A stretch of 64,000 bases of DNA from positions 7,947 to 71,946 of the forward strand of contig CAYHXC010000005.1 in the NCBI GenBank assembly GCA_964360585.1, in the 5' to 3' direction. This document shows, one piece after another, positions 25,297-35,033 of the stretch. The position numbers and the translations under genes are program-made. The first letter of the stretch is position 1. Each line of letters begins with the position of its first letter. The notes under the pieces are model-generated. The model did no database searches and was not told the origin of the DNA. It saw only the letters and a list, made by a program, of their open reading frames with translations. This DNA is from an uncultured Candidatus Saccharibacteria bacterium (GTDB lineage: Bacteria > Patescibacteriota > Minisyncoccia > UBA6257 > 2-01-FULL-56-20).

Positions 25297-25345
25297 CTAA
25301 AACAAAAAATCGCACTCATCGCAGTGTGGTTTTTTGTTTTAGTAG
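25297..25345. terminator. Long A/T-rich hairpin (CTAAAACAAAAAA...TTTTTTGTTTTAG) after tRNA-Glu; probable terminator
   Basis: Inverted repeat directly 3' of the tRNA. Confidence 0.5.
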
Positions 25346-25374
25346 TTCGGAGAAGAATTGAACGAGCGGAAGGG

Positions 25375-25500
25375 GCTCGCCTCGCTTGAGCTTTGGCGAA
25401 GCGGGTCGGGGAACCACGATTGGTTCCCCGTGTAGGAAATTATTCAAAACCGTGGGTTTTGAAAAGCGAGTGAAGCGAGCGCGTGAGCTTCCCCTTGGGC
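25375..25500. repeat. GC-rich structured repeat (family CTCGCCTCGCT..AGCT..GGCGAAGCGGGTCGG), copy after tRNA-Glu
   Basis: GGGGCTCGCCTCGCTTGAGCTTTGGCGAAGCGGGTCGGGG matches 63785-63830 and 14822-14880. Internal hairpins GGGGAACCACGATTGGTTCCCC and AAAACCGTGGGTTTT. Confidence 0.5.
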
Positions 25501-25788
25501 TTTTTACTATCCGTATCATTTGTTATTATTACTCAAATGAGCTTAGGTATCTTAGTAATAAGCGTTGTTAGTTTTATAGCAAGTGTCATAGCCATATTTG
25601 TATCCATAATGGCCTGGCATAAAAATCGTGCTATATATGACATAGAATCCTTTCCATTAAGAAGCGACAGCATCGGCGGTCTAAGAGCAAAGTTGAATTC
25701 GGGGAAATATACAATACTGGCAGTTCACGATGAAACTCTCAATCCTTCGATTTCCACGAAGGTGCTATTAGGGAAGGTTAAAGAATAA
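25483..25788 (+). CDS. Hypothetical small membrane protein
   Basis: Two predicted TM helices. The true start is probably an internal Met (MSLGILVIS). Confidence 0.35.
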   Translation: MSFPLGFLLSVSFVIITQMSLGILVISVVSFIASVIAIFVSIMAWHKNRAIYDIESFPLRSDSIGGLRAKLNSGKYTILAVHDETLNPSISTKVLLGKVKE

Positions 25789-25805
25789 GATAGTACAATA
25801 CCTAT

Positions 25806-26528
25806 ATGCAAAAACTGATTATCGGGAACTGGAAGATGAATCCAGGCTCACTCGTTGAGGTAAAAAAATTGGTACAGTCTTTAGACAAGGTTAAAGTAGG
25901 AAAGAATGTTTCTGTGGCCATTTGTCCGCCATTTGTGTACCTGCCGCTTTTGAAAACCAAGTTTACACTTGGCGCGCAGGATGCGTTTGGAGAAGAGAAA
26001 GGAGCTTACACCGGAGAGATTTCACCCTCGATGCTTAAAAATCTGGGCGTCGAGTACGTTATCCTTGGTCACTCTGAACGACGGATTCACATTGGAGAAA
26101 CTGACGAACTGATTGCTAAAAAAATTAAAGGAGCTATGGTAGCCGGTTTGAAAGTGATTCTTTGCGTCGGAGAGCCGCTTGCTATGAGAAAGAAAGGAAT
26201 GGCGGCAAGTAAAAAGTATGTGGAAGGCCAGCTTAAGAAAGATTTAAGTCTCTTAAAGCCGAAGGATCGATCTAAAGTTATTGTTGCCTATGAACCTATC
26301 TGGGCGATAAGTACCATGCCTGGGGCAAAGCCGGACAGTCCAGAAGGCGCGGCGGAGATGATCGTTTCTATAAAGAAAATAACCAAAGGAAAAGTTATCT
26401 ACGGTGGATCGGTGAATGGTGCAAATGCTCGAGGATTCTTGGAAAGGAAAGAAATCGACGGAGCCTTACCCGGCGGCGCCAGTCTGAAGCCCGAAGAATT
26501 CAGGAAGATCATTGAAGCCGCCTCTTGA
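25806..26528 (+). CDS. tpiA: Triosephosphate isomerase
   Basis: IIGNWKMN...ILGHSERR...VAYEPIWAIST..GGSV, TIM signatures. Confidence 0.9.
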   Translation: MQKLIIGNWKMNPGSLVEVKKLVQSLDKVKVGKNVSVAICPPFVYLPLLKTKFTLGAQDAFGEEKGAYTGEISPSMLKNLGVEYVILGHSERRIHIGETDELIAKKIKGAMVAGLKVILCVGEPLAMRKKGMAASKKYVEGQLKKDLSLLKPKDRSKVIVAYEPIWAISTMPGAKPDSPEGAAEMIVSIKKITKGKVIYGGSVNGANARGFLERKEIDGALPGGASLKPEEFRKIIEAAS

Positions 26529-26658
26529 TCCCCACACCTAATCAGGAAAGAAAGAAGTATCAGAGACGGACTTTAATTCGAGTCTATATATTAGAAAAGG
26601 GAAGTTTTGAAAGGATGGGGCTGTTTTAGAGAGAAAATTCCTGGTTAGGTGTGGGGAT
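26528..26658 (+). repeat. SD/AUG-sequestering inverted-repeat element, copy 3 (degenerate: the 3' arm ends GGGGATTG, with no ATG)
   Basis: Arms ATCCCCACACCTAATCAGGAAA / TTCCTGGTTAGGTGTGGGGAT. The 5' arm overlaps the tpiA stop codon, and no CDS follows. Confidence 0.65.
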
Positions 26659-26686
26659 TGACTTTTCAATAGTTATCCTGTATAGT
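26658..26686 (+). promoter_or_regulatory. Near-consensus sigma70 promoter (TTGACT-17-TATAGT)
   Basis: TTGACT, a 17-nt spacer, then TATAGT, immediately after repeat copy 3. It is followed about 55 nt later by the hairpin-plus-U-run GCCCCGCCCCAAAGCGGGGTTCGTTTGTT. Confidence 0.5.
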
Positions 26687-27155
26687 CCTAAGCGAATGAG
26701 TGCAGTCCGCAAGGATTACACGATTTGTTCAAACTAGCCCCGCCCCAAAGCGGGGTTCGTTTGTTATTATCGCAGATAATAATCCTGAGCTTGTCGAAGG
26801 GTTTTCATACTGCTATTATCAAAACTACTAGACTGAAGGGCCGTTTAGGGGGTTACAAGGAGAGCACTTATACAAAGGAGTCACATATGGGATCACAAGG
26901 AGAGCACTCATTCTTTAACAAATTCGAGGTCACCACTTGTGATCCCATATGTGATTCTACATACTTGTAGCCCCCAGAGAGCTTGTCCGGAAACCTTTGC
27001 TCGTCGCGAGATCCCGAAATGATCAGCGAGACAAGGAAAAATGAGGCAGGAATAGTCGGAACTATTTCAAGGAGTTTTGACGAAGTCGCAGCCAGCATTA
27101 CGGGATTGCAGTAAGACAAGAGATTTTTGGACATGCTCTAGACTCTAGAAAACTT

Positions 27156-28082
27156 ATGATTCAAGAAAACGTTCCATTTTCTACTCTAGGCAGTTATCGC
27201 CTCGGAGGAAATGTGAGTCATTTGGCCACTCCTCGGACCGAAGAGGAGCTTCTGGCTACGATTCAGCTTCTAAACGACCGTAAATGGCCGGTTTTTATTA
27301 TAGGAAGCGGTACAAATCTCCTGGTTGGCGATGAAGGGTTTTCAGGCCTTATGATCCGGCCGGATTTTTCCTTCATTGAACAGAACGGGAATGAGATCCG
27401 AGTAGGCGCGGGAGTTTTGATGGCGGATCTTTTGGCATATGCGCTTCGAGAAAATTTAGGCGGAATGGAGTGGGCTGGGGGATTGCCGGGGACAGTGGGT
27501 GGCGCAGTGCGCGGCAACGCCGGATGTTTTGGGAGCGAGACAAAAGATTTTATTTTGGGTGTTGAAAGCATTAATCTCCAAACCGGAAAGAAGATAGTTC
27601 GCGAGAAAAAAGACGGTGAGTTCGAGTATCGCTCCAGTATTTTCAAAACAAAATTAGACGGAAAAGAAATTATCACCGCGGCGACGCTTACACTCTTTCC
27701 GCAGGAAAGGAAAATTTCCGAGGCGGTGGCGAATGAGCATATCCAGTACCGCAAAGACCGCCAACCACTCGAATATCCGAACATTGGAAGCATTTTCAAA
27801 AATGTTGATGCACGAAATTTTACCGAAGAGAAACTGAAACCATTTTCTGCGGTGATAAAAAAAGATCCATTTCTGGTTATCCCGACAGCGTATTTAATTT
27901 CCGAAACAGGTTTGAAAGGCACTCGTTCCGGCGGCGCAGAGATCTCGGGAAAGCATCCGAACTTTATTATCAATACCGGGCAAGCGACAGCTAAAGACGT
28001 GAAAACGCTCATATCCCTAGCCCAAGAGAAGGTGAAGGAGAAATTCTCTATACAGATCGAGCCTGAAGTCATCGAAATTTGA
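27156..28082 (+). CDS. murB: UDP-N-acetylenolpyruvoylglucosamine reductase
   Basis: FAD-binding domain GGNVSHLATPRTEEELLATIQLLNDRKWPVFIIGSGTNLLV plus the C-terminal MurB domain. Confidence 0.85.
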   Translation: MIQENVPFSTLGSYRLGGNVSHLATPRTEEELLATIQLLNDRKWPVFIIGSGTNLLVGDEGFSGLMIRPDFSFIEQNGNEIRVGAGVLMADLLAYALRENLGGMEWAGGLPGTVGGAVRGNAGCFGSETKDFILGVESINLQTGKKIVREKKDGEFEYRSSIFKTKLDGKEIITAATLTLFPQERKISEAVANEHIQYRKDRQPLEYPNIGSIFKNVDARNFTEEKLKPFSAVIKKDPFLVIPTAYLISETGLKGTRSGGAEISGKHPNFIINTGQATAKDVKTLISLAQEKVKEKFSIQIEPEVIEI

Positions 28083-28095
28083 GGGGCTACGTTCG

Positions 28096-28140
28096 TTCCT
28101 AATACTTCTAACTCACGATCGTGAGTTAGAAGTATTAGGG
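28096..28140. terminator. Perfect ~20-bp palindrome after murB (CCTAATACTTCTAACTCACGA/TCGTGAGTTAGAAGTATTAGG)
   Basis: Inverted repeat immediately 3' of the murB stop. Confidence 0.55.
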
Positions 28141-28716
28141 AGTCCAGTTTGGTAGGTAAAACTTTTTGATCTAATCCTTCCGCCAAAGAAATATTTGTTT
28201 AAATAAGCTCTCGAAGTTTCACGCACATCCCCCTGGTCAGTGAACAATATTATTTTTTGAAAAGCTTTGTATGCGCTCTTCTTAAAAGTGAGGATATTAC
28301 TTCGAAGAAGCTATCGGAAGTGTTGCGAGCTTGGATTTTCGCGAAGTAAAAATAGTTGAGAAGTCCGACGTGAAAGTCGGACTCCGACCTCGCAAAAAGC
28401 GAGCGTCGGAGTTATCCACAGATTTTCTCCCAAAATGGAAAACCAATCTGCTATACTTAGTTTGTAATCGAGAAGCAACAAAATTTTCATAAGAAATTTT
28501 GAGAAAGGTCGAGTGGTCTATATAAAACGTTTTATATAAAACAAATGGCAAAGAAAAAAGCTACGAAGAAGAAAGCAGGAGGAAAGAAAAAGAAGCGAGC
28601 ATAGTTTCTCCTAACCCCCGCGCAAGCGGGGGTTTTGCTTTTCACGGCGTTTATTTTTTTGCGTGACTCTCGAAAAAGTGATATAATAGCATCAGGAAAA
28701 ATCCTGTACAAAAACC

Positions 28717-29055
28717 ATGAAAATCAGTATTTTAGGGAGTCATTTAGACGTTACACCAAGTCTTAAGATCTATGTCGAGGACAAGCTTGGGGGTTTGGCT
28801 AAGCTCGTAAAGCACTTTGATGAAGAGGGGGTGGCCGAGCTGAAGGTAGAGCTGGCTCGATCTACTGCCCACCATAAGAAAGGCTTGGTTTTTCGGGTTG
28901 ATGCCAATCTTCGCCTGCCGCATAAGATGCTTCGGGCGGATAACGAAAATACCGATATCCGGGCGGCCATCGACCTGGTCGAGGATAAGTTGAAGAGTGA
29001 AATCGCAAAATATAAAACGCAGCATGAAGTGAAGCGCGGCGATCGTGAGAAATAA
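28717..29055 (+). CDS. hpf: Ribosome hibernation promoting factor (RaiA/YfiA family)
   Basis: MKISILGSHLDVTPSLKIYVEDKLGGLAKLVKHFDEEGVAELKVELARST...FRVDANLRLPHKMLRADNENTDIRAAIDLVEDKL. Confidence 0.85.
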   Translation: MKISILGSHLDVTPSLKIYVEDKLGGLAKLVKHFDEEGVAELKVELARSTAHHKKGLVFRVDANLRLPHKMLRADNENTDIRAAIDLVEDKLKSEIAKYKTQHEVKRGDREK

Positions 29056-29058
29056 TAA

Positions 29059-31665
29059 ATGTTAGATTTTTTAAAAAATCTTTTCCCCGATCGTTCCCTC
29101 GATAACCTAAAAGAAGAAGTTGTAGCCATAAATGAACTGGAAGCCGAGATATCCCAGTTGAGCGACGAGGAGTTAAAAGAAAAAAGTAAGGAACTGAAAG
29201 AACAACTCGCGGATGAGAAAAATATTTCTTCTTCCCGACGGGTGGCTTTTGCGGTGGCGCGTGAAGTGGCTAAGCGCACGCTCGGTCAGCGACCATTCGA
29301 TGTCCAGTTGTTGGGTGGTTTGATTTTGGATCGTGGCGGTGTGGCGGAGATGTCAACGGGAGAAGGAAAGACGTTGACTGCGGTGGCGCCAGTTTATTTC
29401 AATGCTCTTTTTGGACGAGGCGCTCACGTGGTTACGGTGAACGACTATCTGGCTCGGCGTGACGTGGCCTGGATGGGTCAGGTGTATCAGGCGCTTGGTC
29501 TTTCGGTTTCCTGTATTGTGCCGGGCGTGGCCTATATGTACGATCCGGCGTTTCGAGTTTCCGAAGACGCCCAAGCGCTTATAGACAAAGAACGGGACAC
29601 GACTGGGAGTTTTTTGGTCCAGCAGGAGTTTTTGCGGCCGATCTCCCGTCGGGAGGCGTATCTGGCAGATATTACTTACGGCACTAATCATGAGTTTGGC
29701 TTTGATTACTTAAGAGACAATCTGATCCAGAACGTGGCCGATCAGGTTCAGCGACCGCACCACTATGCCGTCATCGACGAGGTGGACAGTATATTAATAG
29801 ACGAAGCTCGAACGCCCTTGATTATTGCCGCGCCGGACGCGCAGTCGAGTGAGTACTATAAAACTTTTGCCCGCGTGGTCAGTCGTCTCACGAGAGACGA
29901 AGATTATACCGTGGATGAGAAACTGAAAGTGGTGCGGATTTTAGATAGCGGTATTGAGAAGGTAGAAAAAGCGCTCAATATCCAAAATATCTACACCCCG
30001 GAGAACCTTCGCCTCGTGCATTATTTAGAGGAAAGCTTGAAGGCCCACGCCCTTTTCCGTCTCGACAAAGATTACGTTAATAAAAATGGCGAGATCGTGA
30101 TCGTTGATGAATTCACCGGCCGTTTGCTCCACGGGCGGCGATATAATGGCGGACTGCATCAGGCGATCGAGGCTAAAGAAGGCGTACATATAAAGGAAGA
30201 GTCGCGAACCTACGCCAAGATTTCGATTCAGAACTACTTCCGTTTATACAAGAAGATTGCCGGTATGACCGGTACGGCCCAGACTTCGGCCGAAGAGTTT
30301 CATAAGGTCTACAATCTCGAAGTGACGAGTATTCCGACCAACCGGCCGACGGCACGCGAGGATATGTCGGATGCGATCTATAAAAATTCGGAGGTAAAGT
30401 GGGGAGCGATTGTCCAAAAAGTGGAAGAGTTGTATCAAAAAGGCCAGCCGGTTTTGTTGGGCACGACTTCGATCGAGAAAAACGAGATGCTTTCGCGACA
30501 ACTGACACGGGCGGGAATTCCCCATGAACTTTTAAATGCTAAAAATAATGAGCGCGAGGGTTCGATTATTGCGCAAGCTGGCAAGTTTAAGGCGGTTACC
30601 GTTGCGACTAATATGGCTGGTCGCGGGGTGGACGTCATTTTAGGCGGCAATCCGCCGGATCCCGAGTTAGCAAAAAAGGTGAAGGATTTAGGCGGTTTAT
30701 TTGTGATCGGCACCGAGCGGCATGAAGCACGGCGTATTGATAACCAGCTTCGCGGACGATCCGGCCGTCAGGGCGACCCCGGCGCCTCACAGTTCTTCCT
30801 ATCTTTAGACGATGACCTGATGCGCATCTTCGGCGGCGAGCGGGTAAAAAGTTTAATGGAGCGGTTCCGTCTGCCGGATGATTTGCCAATTGATATGCCG
30901 GTTATTTCGCGCGTTGTCGGCGAAGCCCAAGCCAAAGTGGAAGGAGCGAACTTCGATATGCGAAAACATTTGCTTGAGTACGATGATGTTCTGAATAAAC
31001 AGCGCATCGCGGTTTATAAGCGCCGCAATGAAATTCTAACGAGCTTCGAGAAAAAAGTTTTGGCCGAAAAAGTTCGTGAGGCAATTCTTGGTCATCTCGA
31101 AAAAATAAATCAGCAAGTTGAGATTTCAGAAAACCCCATCGAAACCTGGGAGGAGATAAAGAAAACTATTCTTACTGCGAAGATTGTCCCGAACGATTTT
31201 TCTTGGGGCGAGTTAGGAGAGATTGAAAATGTAAGAGAAGAAATCGCGAGGCAGTCCGAGGAGATCGCCGGCCAGCCGCAGACGATCAACCGTCTTTTGG
31301 GGATTTTAGACATGCTCTGGCTGAACCATTTGGAAAATAATGAGGCCTTGAGTGAATCAATTGGCTTGCGGGCGTATGGTCAGCATGATCCGTTGGTTGA
31401 ATATCGGCGAGAAAGTCATCGATTATTTACCGAGTTTTGGGATATGTTCAACGCCTGGGTGTTTGAAAACATCTTCCGGCTGGCAGAAGCAACTAACGAC
31501 CAACAACTTATAACTAATAACCAAAACGTACCCGTTACAAGTCATCAGTCTTCAGTTGTCAGTTCGCCTACTGGCGAGAAAGTGGGTCGGAATGATCCGT
31601 GTCCATGCGGAGCGACAAATACCGATGGAAGTCCAAAGAAGTATAAGCACTGCCATGGAAAATAA
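29059..31665 (+). CDS. secA: Preprotein translocase ATPase SecA
   Basis: DEAD-like motor motifs (MSTGEGKT, IDEVDSILIDEARTPLII), the helical scaffold, and the C-terminal zinc finger CPCGATNTDGSPKKYKHCHG. Confidence 0.95.
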   Translation: MLDFLKNLFPDRSLDNLKEEVVAINELEAEISQLSDEELKEKSKELKEQLADEKNISSSRRVAFAVAREVAKRTLGQRPFDVQLLGGLILDRGGVAEMSTGEGKTLTAVAPVYFNALFGRGAHVVTVNDYLARRDVAWMGQVYQALGLSVSCIVPGVAYMYDPAFRVSEDAQALIDKERDTTGSFLVQQEFLRPISRREAYLADITYGTNHEFGFDYLRDNLIQNVADQVQRPHHYAVIDEVDSILIDEARTPLIIAAPDAQSSEYYKTFARVVSRLTRDEDYTVDEKLKVVRILDSGIEKVEKALNIQNIYTPENLRLVHYLEESLKAHALFRLDKDYVNKNGEIVIVDEFTGRLLHGRRYNGGLHQAIEAKEGVHIKEESRTYAKISIQNYFRLYKKIAGMTGTAQTSAEEFHKVYNLEVTSIPTNRPTAREDMSDAIYKNSEVKWGAIVQKVEELYQKGQPVLLGTTSIEKNEMLSRQLTRAGIPHELLNAKNNEREGSIIAQAGKFKAVTVATNMAGRGVDVILGGNPPDPELAKKVKDLGGLFVIGTERHEARRIDNQLRGRSGRQGDPGASQFFLSLDDDLMRIFGGERVKSLMERFRLPDDLPIDMPVISRVVGEAQAKVEGANFDMRKHLLEYDDVLNKQRIAVYKRRNEILTSFEKKVLAEKVREAILGHLEKINQQVEISENPIETWEEIKKTILTAKIVPNDFSWGELGEIENVREEIARQSEEIAGQPQTINRLLGILDMLWLNHLENNEALSESIGLRAYGQHDPLVEYRRESHRLFTEFWDMFNAWVFENIFRLAEATNDQQLITNNQNVPVTSHQSSVVSSPTGEKVGRNDPCPCGATNTDGSPKKYKHCHGK

Positions 31666-31686
31666 TTACAGACAAAGAGTTGAATC

Positions 31687-31989
31687 ATGAAATATAACAA
31701 GCTCGTTCGGGATAAGATTCCGGAAATTATTAGAGAAAAGGGAGGAACGCCCGTCAGTCATGTGGCGAGCGAGGCAGAGTATTGGGAGAAACTCAAGGAA
31801 AAATTGAACGAAGAAGTGAAAGAGTGGCAGGAAGTAGAGTCTCTCGAGGAGATGGCTGATGTTTTTGAGGTGATTACCGCAATTCTCGAGGTGAAGCATT
31901 GGACGATCGAAGCCGTGGTTAAGGTTCAGCAAAGAAAACGGGGTGAGCGCGGCGCATTCAAAGAGAAAATTATTCTAGATGAGGCATAG
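31687..31989 (+). CDS. MazG-like (all-alpha NTP pyrophosphohydrolase, HisE-like) small protein
   Basis: [16 protein letters not shown]...[17 protein letters not shown], the MazG/PRA-PH pattern. Confidence 0.6.
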   Translation: MKYNKLVRDKIPEIIREKGGTPVSHVASEAEYWEKLKEKLNEEVKEWQEVESLEEMADVFEVITAILEVKHWTIEAVVKVQQRKRGERGAFKEKIILDEA

Positions 31990-31991
31990 TT

Positions 31992-32258
31992 ATGGTAACT
32001 ATTAAGAAAAAAACGTGGCCGGAGTATTTCGAGGAGGTTTTATCTGGGAAAAAGAAATTCGATCTTCGGCTAAACGATTTTAAACTCAAAGAAGGGGACA
32101 CACTTCTGCTTCAGGAATGGGATCCAAGAACGAAAGAATATACTGGACGAGAGATAGGGAAAAAGGTAATCAATATCCACACCTTTGGGTTAAACGATTT
32201 TGGCCAAGAGAAAGAGATAAAAGAAAAAGGATTTCTCATTATCTCGCTCGAGGATTAA
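31992..32258 (+). CDS. DUF3850 / ASCH-like domain protein
   Basis: TWPEYFEEVLSGKKKFDLRLNDFKLKEGDTLLLQEWDPRTKEYTGREI matches the DUF3850 consensus. Confidence 0.6.
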   Translation: MVTIKKKTWPEYFEEVLSGKKKFDLRLNDFKLKEGDTLLLQEWDPRTKEYTGREIGKKVINIHTFGLNDFGQEKEIKEKGFLIISLED

Positions 32259-32267
32259 AATAGAGAG

Positions 32268-34190
32268 ATGACGAAACAGGCATTTTTGAAACACGGTTCG
32301 GTATCGGCAAAGTCTTTAGCGAAGGAGGCTGACTTGGTGTTGAAGAAGGCCAAGTCAGCAGTCGCTGTTCTTCTTGCTCCGAAAAAGCAACGAACTTCAG
32401 AAAATACGCTCCAACCTCTAAACACCGTTCATCAGGTCCTTTTTGAGATACGGAATAAGGCCTCGCTTTTCGCCCAAGTACATCCTGATCCGAAAGTGCG
32501 AGAGATCGCGGAGAAATCCATCGAGCGGGTATCTCAATTCTTGACCAATCTTTATTTACAAAGAGACGTTTTCGAGGCGCTTTCCTCGGTTTCTCCAAAA
32601 AATCTTGATGCTGATGCCAAGCGGTTTTTGAAGAAGGAGCTGTTCGACTTTCGATTGAGCGGTGTTGATAAACCGCCAGCGGTTCGGAAGAAGATCGCCG
32701 CACTTACAAAGCAGATGGTGGCGCTTGGCCAAACGTTCGACCGCAACATTAAAGACGGTACCCGTTTTATTAAAATTCGACCGGAAGAGCTCGAAGGATT
32801 GCCGGAGGACTTTAGGCAGAGTCATCATCCTGACAAGCAAGGTCTGGTCACAATCTCCACGCAGTATCCGGACTCGGTGCCATTCATGCAGTACGCTAAA
32901 AGTGAAAATGCACGGCGAGCATTGCTGATGGAAAATTCAAATCGTGCCTGGCCAAAAAATGACGCTGTCTTCCTAAAACTTCTCGCTGTTCGGAAAAAAA
33001 TCGCTAACCTTCTCGGTTATAAGGACTGGGCGGCGTACGTGACGGTGGACAAGATGGCGCGGTCGCCCCAGCGAGTGGATACTTTTCTTCGCGAGATTGA
33101 TCGGGTGACGAAAGAACGGGCTAAAAAAGACTTCGCTTTACTTCTCACGATAAAACAGAAAGATCAGCCAGGGGCGAAATCAATTATGGCCTGGGAAGGA
33201 AGTTACTATGACAACCTGGCAATGAAAGCGGTGGTCGGGTTAGATACGCAAGAGGTGAGGAAGTATTTTACGTTTCAGCCGACGAAGCAGGGGATTTTAA
33301 AAGCAGCAGAACGTTTGTTCGGTCTCTCGTTCCAGCCGCAAAATGTAAAAACGTGGCATAAGGATGTCGAGGTGTATGATGTCTATCAGAATAAAAAACT
33401 GATCGGTCGGTTCTATCTTGATCTTCATCCCCGCGAGAACAAGTACAATCACGCCGCCTGCTTTGAGATACAGCAGGGGATTACGAATACGCAGCTACCG
33501 GAAGCGGCTTTGATCTGTAATTTTTCACGAGGACTTTTAGATCATAGCGAGGTGGTCACGTTTCTCCATGAGTTCGGCCACCTGATGCATTTTATTCTGG
33601 CCGGCAAACAAAAGTGGATTCGGTTTAGTGGATTTGCGACGGAGTGGGATTTTGTCGAGGCGCCATCGCAGATGCTCGAGTCCTGGGCGTTTGATTATGA
33701 AACCTTGAAAACCTTCGCGCGACACACGGAAACGGGCGAAGTAATTCCTGAAGAACTCGTCGAGAAATTAAAAAAGTCAGACAACTTCGGAAAAGGAATC
33801 TGGCAACGGCGACAACTTTTTTTAACTACGCTTTCTTTGGAGTATCATCGCCGCACCATAAAAACGAATAACGATCTTTTGAAAGTAGTGAAGGAATTGC
33901 AAAAGAAATACAGTGCTTTTGCCTACGTTCCCGGAACACACTCATATGCCAGCTTCGGCCATTTAAATGGTTATTCGGCGATCTACTATACCTATCTCTG
34001 GTCACGAGCCATTGCCGAGGATATTCTGGGACCGTTCGAAAAGAAGGGAATGTATAATCGCGAGGTTGCTCGCCGCTATCGCGAACTGATTCTGGCTCGC
34101 GGCGGATCAGAAGACGCTGAAGATCTGCTCAAAGATTTTTTAGGTCGGAAGTGGAATCTCGCGCGATTCCGAAGGTGGCTCGAAAAATAA
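32268..34190 (+). CDS. M3-family zinc metallo-oligopeptidase (oligopeptidase A / thimet-like)
   Basis: HEFGHLMHF zinc motif (HExxH) with the downstream E, and overall M3 architecture. Confidence 0.8.
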   Translation: MTKQAFLKHGSVSAKSLAKEADLVLKKAKSAVAVLLAPKKQRTSENTLQPLNTVHQVLFEIRNKASLFAQVHPDPKVREIAEKSIERVSQFLTNLYLQRDVFEALSSVSPKNLDADAKRFLKKELFDFRLSGVDKPPAVRKKIAALTKQMVALGQTFDRNIKDGTRFIKIRPEELEGLPEDFRQSHHPDKQGLVTISTQYPDSVPFMQYAKSENARRALLMENSNRAWPKNDAVFLKLLAVRKKIANLLGYKDWAAYVTVDKMARSPQRVDTFLREIDRVTKERAKKDFALLLTIKQKDQPGAKSIMAWEGSYYDNLAMKAVVGLDTQEVRKYFTFQPTKQGILKAAERLFGLSFQPQNVKTWHKDVEVYDVYQNKKLIGRFYLDLHPRENKYNHAACFEIQQGITNTQLPEAALICNFSRGLLDHSEVVTFLHEFGHLMHFILAGKQKWIRFSGFATEWDFVEAPSQMLESWAFDYETLKTFARHTETGEVIPEELVEKLKKSDNFGKGIWQRRQLFLTTLSLEYHRRTIKTNNDLLKVVKELQKKYSAFAYVPGTHSYASFGHLNGYSAIYYTYLWSRAIAEDILGPFEKKGMYNREVARRYRELILARGGSEDAEDLLKDFLGRKWNLARFRRWLEK

Positions 34191-34211
34191 AAAGTCCCGG
34201 ATTAAGGGGAC

Positions 34212-35033
34212 TTAGTTGAAAACGAAAAGGATGCGCGCTTCGATTGGCGCGAGCTCCCGAAGGTAAGCTGTCCAGGCACGGAAGAGCGCCAGCGACACAT
34301 GATCCTTTTTCACCTCCTGCCACGAGGCTGTCCCCAAGGTCTCCGCTTCTTCGAGCCATCGGGATACGTCGAGGCAGGATCTCCACAAGAAGGGAGGATC
34401 CATGATCGGGTGATAGCTATCGGGGGCGATCAATCTTTTGAATGCTGGTTCGGCAAGCACGATAGTGTCGTTGTGACGAGCTATCTTCCACGAATCTGCT
34501 CGGTTCCGATCTTCGTAGGAGAAAGGATTGCTGACATCAACATACTCGCGGTTCGGATCCGCTTGCTCCAACTCCTCCATCCGCTCATGTCTACTTTTGG
34601 CCATCAGAAAGGTTGGCGCAAAGTCGGCCTGAGTGAAGGTCTTATCGTCGAGAATGACAAATAGTCGAGACAGGATAGCGTCCATGACGCAGATGCCAGC
34701 TCGACTCCGACCATTGAAACAAAGGTGACTGAAGCGGGAGGCAGTCAGTTTTTCCAAATGAGTCACGTGTCCAAGGTCGATGACCTCGTAAGCTTGCCAG
34801 ATCCTTACCAGTTCTTCGGCTTTAGGTTCTCTGTCACCACCTTCAGCTGGTGGGTCTGGATATCGTTGCGGTCGCATCTCGGGAAAGAGAATGAGAAGTC
34901 TTGCTTCGAAGTCCATCGATAACCTCCATGAGTTGGTCTTTGCTACGGTCTTTATAGCAAGAAGTAGAGCCATTCTCAAGCTCGTGCCCTTTTCTGATTT
35001 TTCGGGTACTATTTTTGTACTATGGAAAATCAA
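34212..35033 (-). CDS. Putative protein tyrosine / dual-specificity phosphatase-like protein (CX5R motif)
   Basis: HLCFNGRSRAGI matches the PTP HCxxGxxR(S/T)(A)G signature. GC content is visibly higher than in flanking genes. The true start may be the internal Met (MDFEARLL). Confidence 0.4.
   Translation of the reverse strand: MIFHSTKIVPEKSEKGTSLRMALLLAIKTVAKTNSWRLSMDFEARLLILFPEMRPQRYPDPPAEGGDREPKAEELVRIWQAYEVIDLGHVTHLEKLTASRFSHLCFNGRSRAGICVMDAILSRLFVILDDKTFTQADFAPTFLMAKSRHERMEELEQADPNREYVDVSNPFSYEDRNRADSWKIARHNDTIVLAEPAFKRLIAPDSYHPIMDPPFLWRSCLDVSRWLEEAETLGTASWQEVKKDHVSLALFRAWTAYLRELAPIEARILFVFN

Noticed and set aside
27263-28186. 307-aa minus-strand ORF antisense to murB, and 28770-29279 antisense to hpf
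   Set aside because: They are antisense shadow ORFs of clearly identified genes, with Ser/Arg-rich low-complexity translation.
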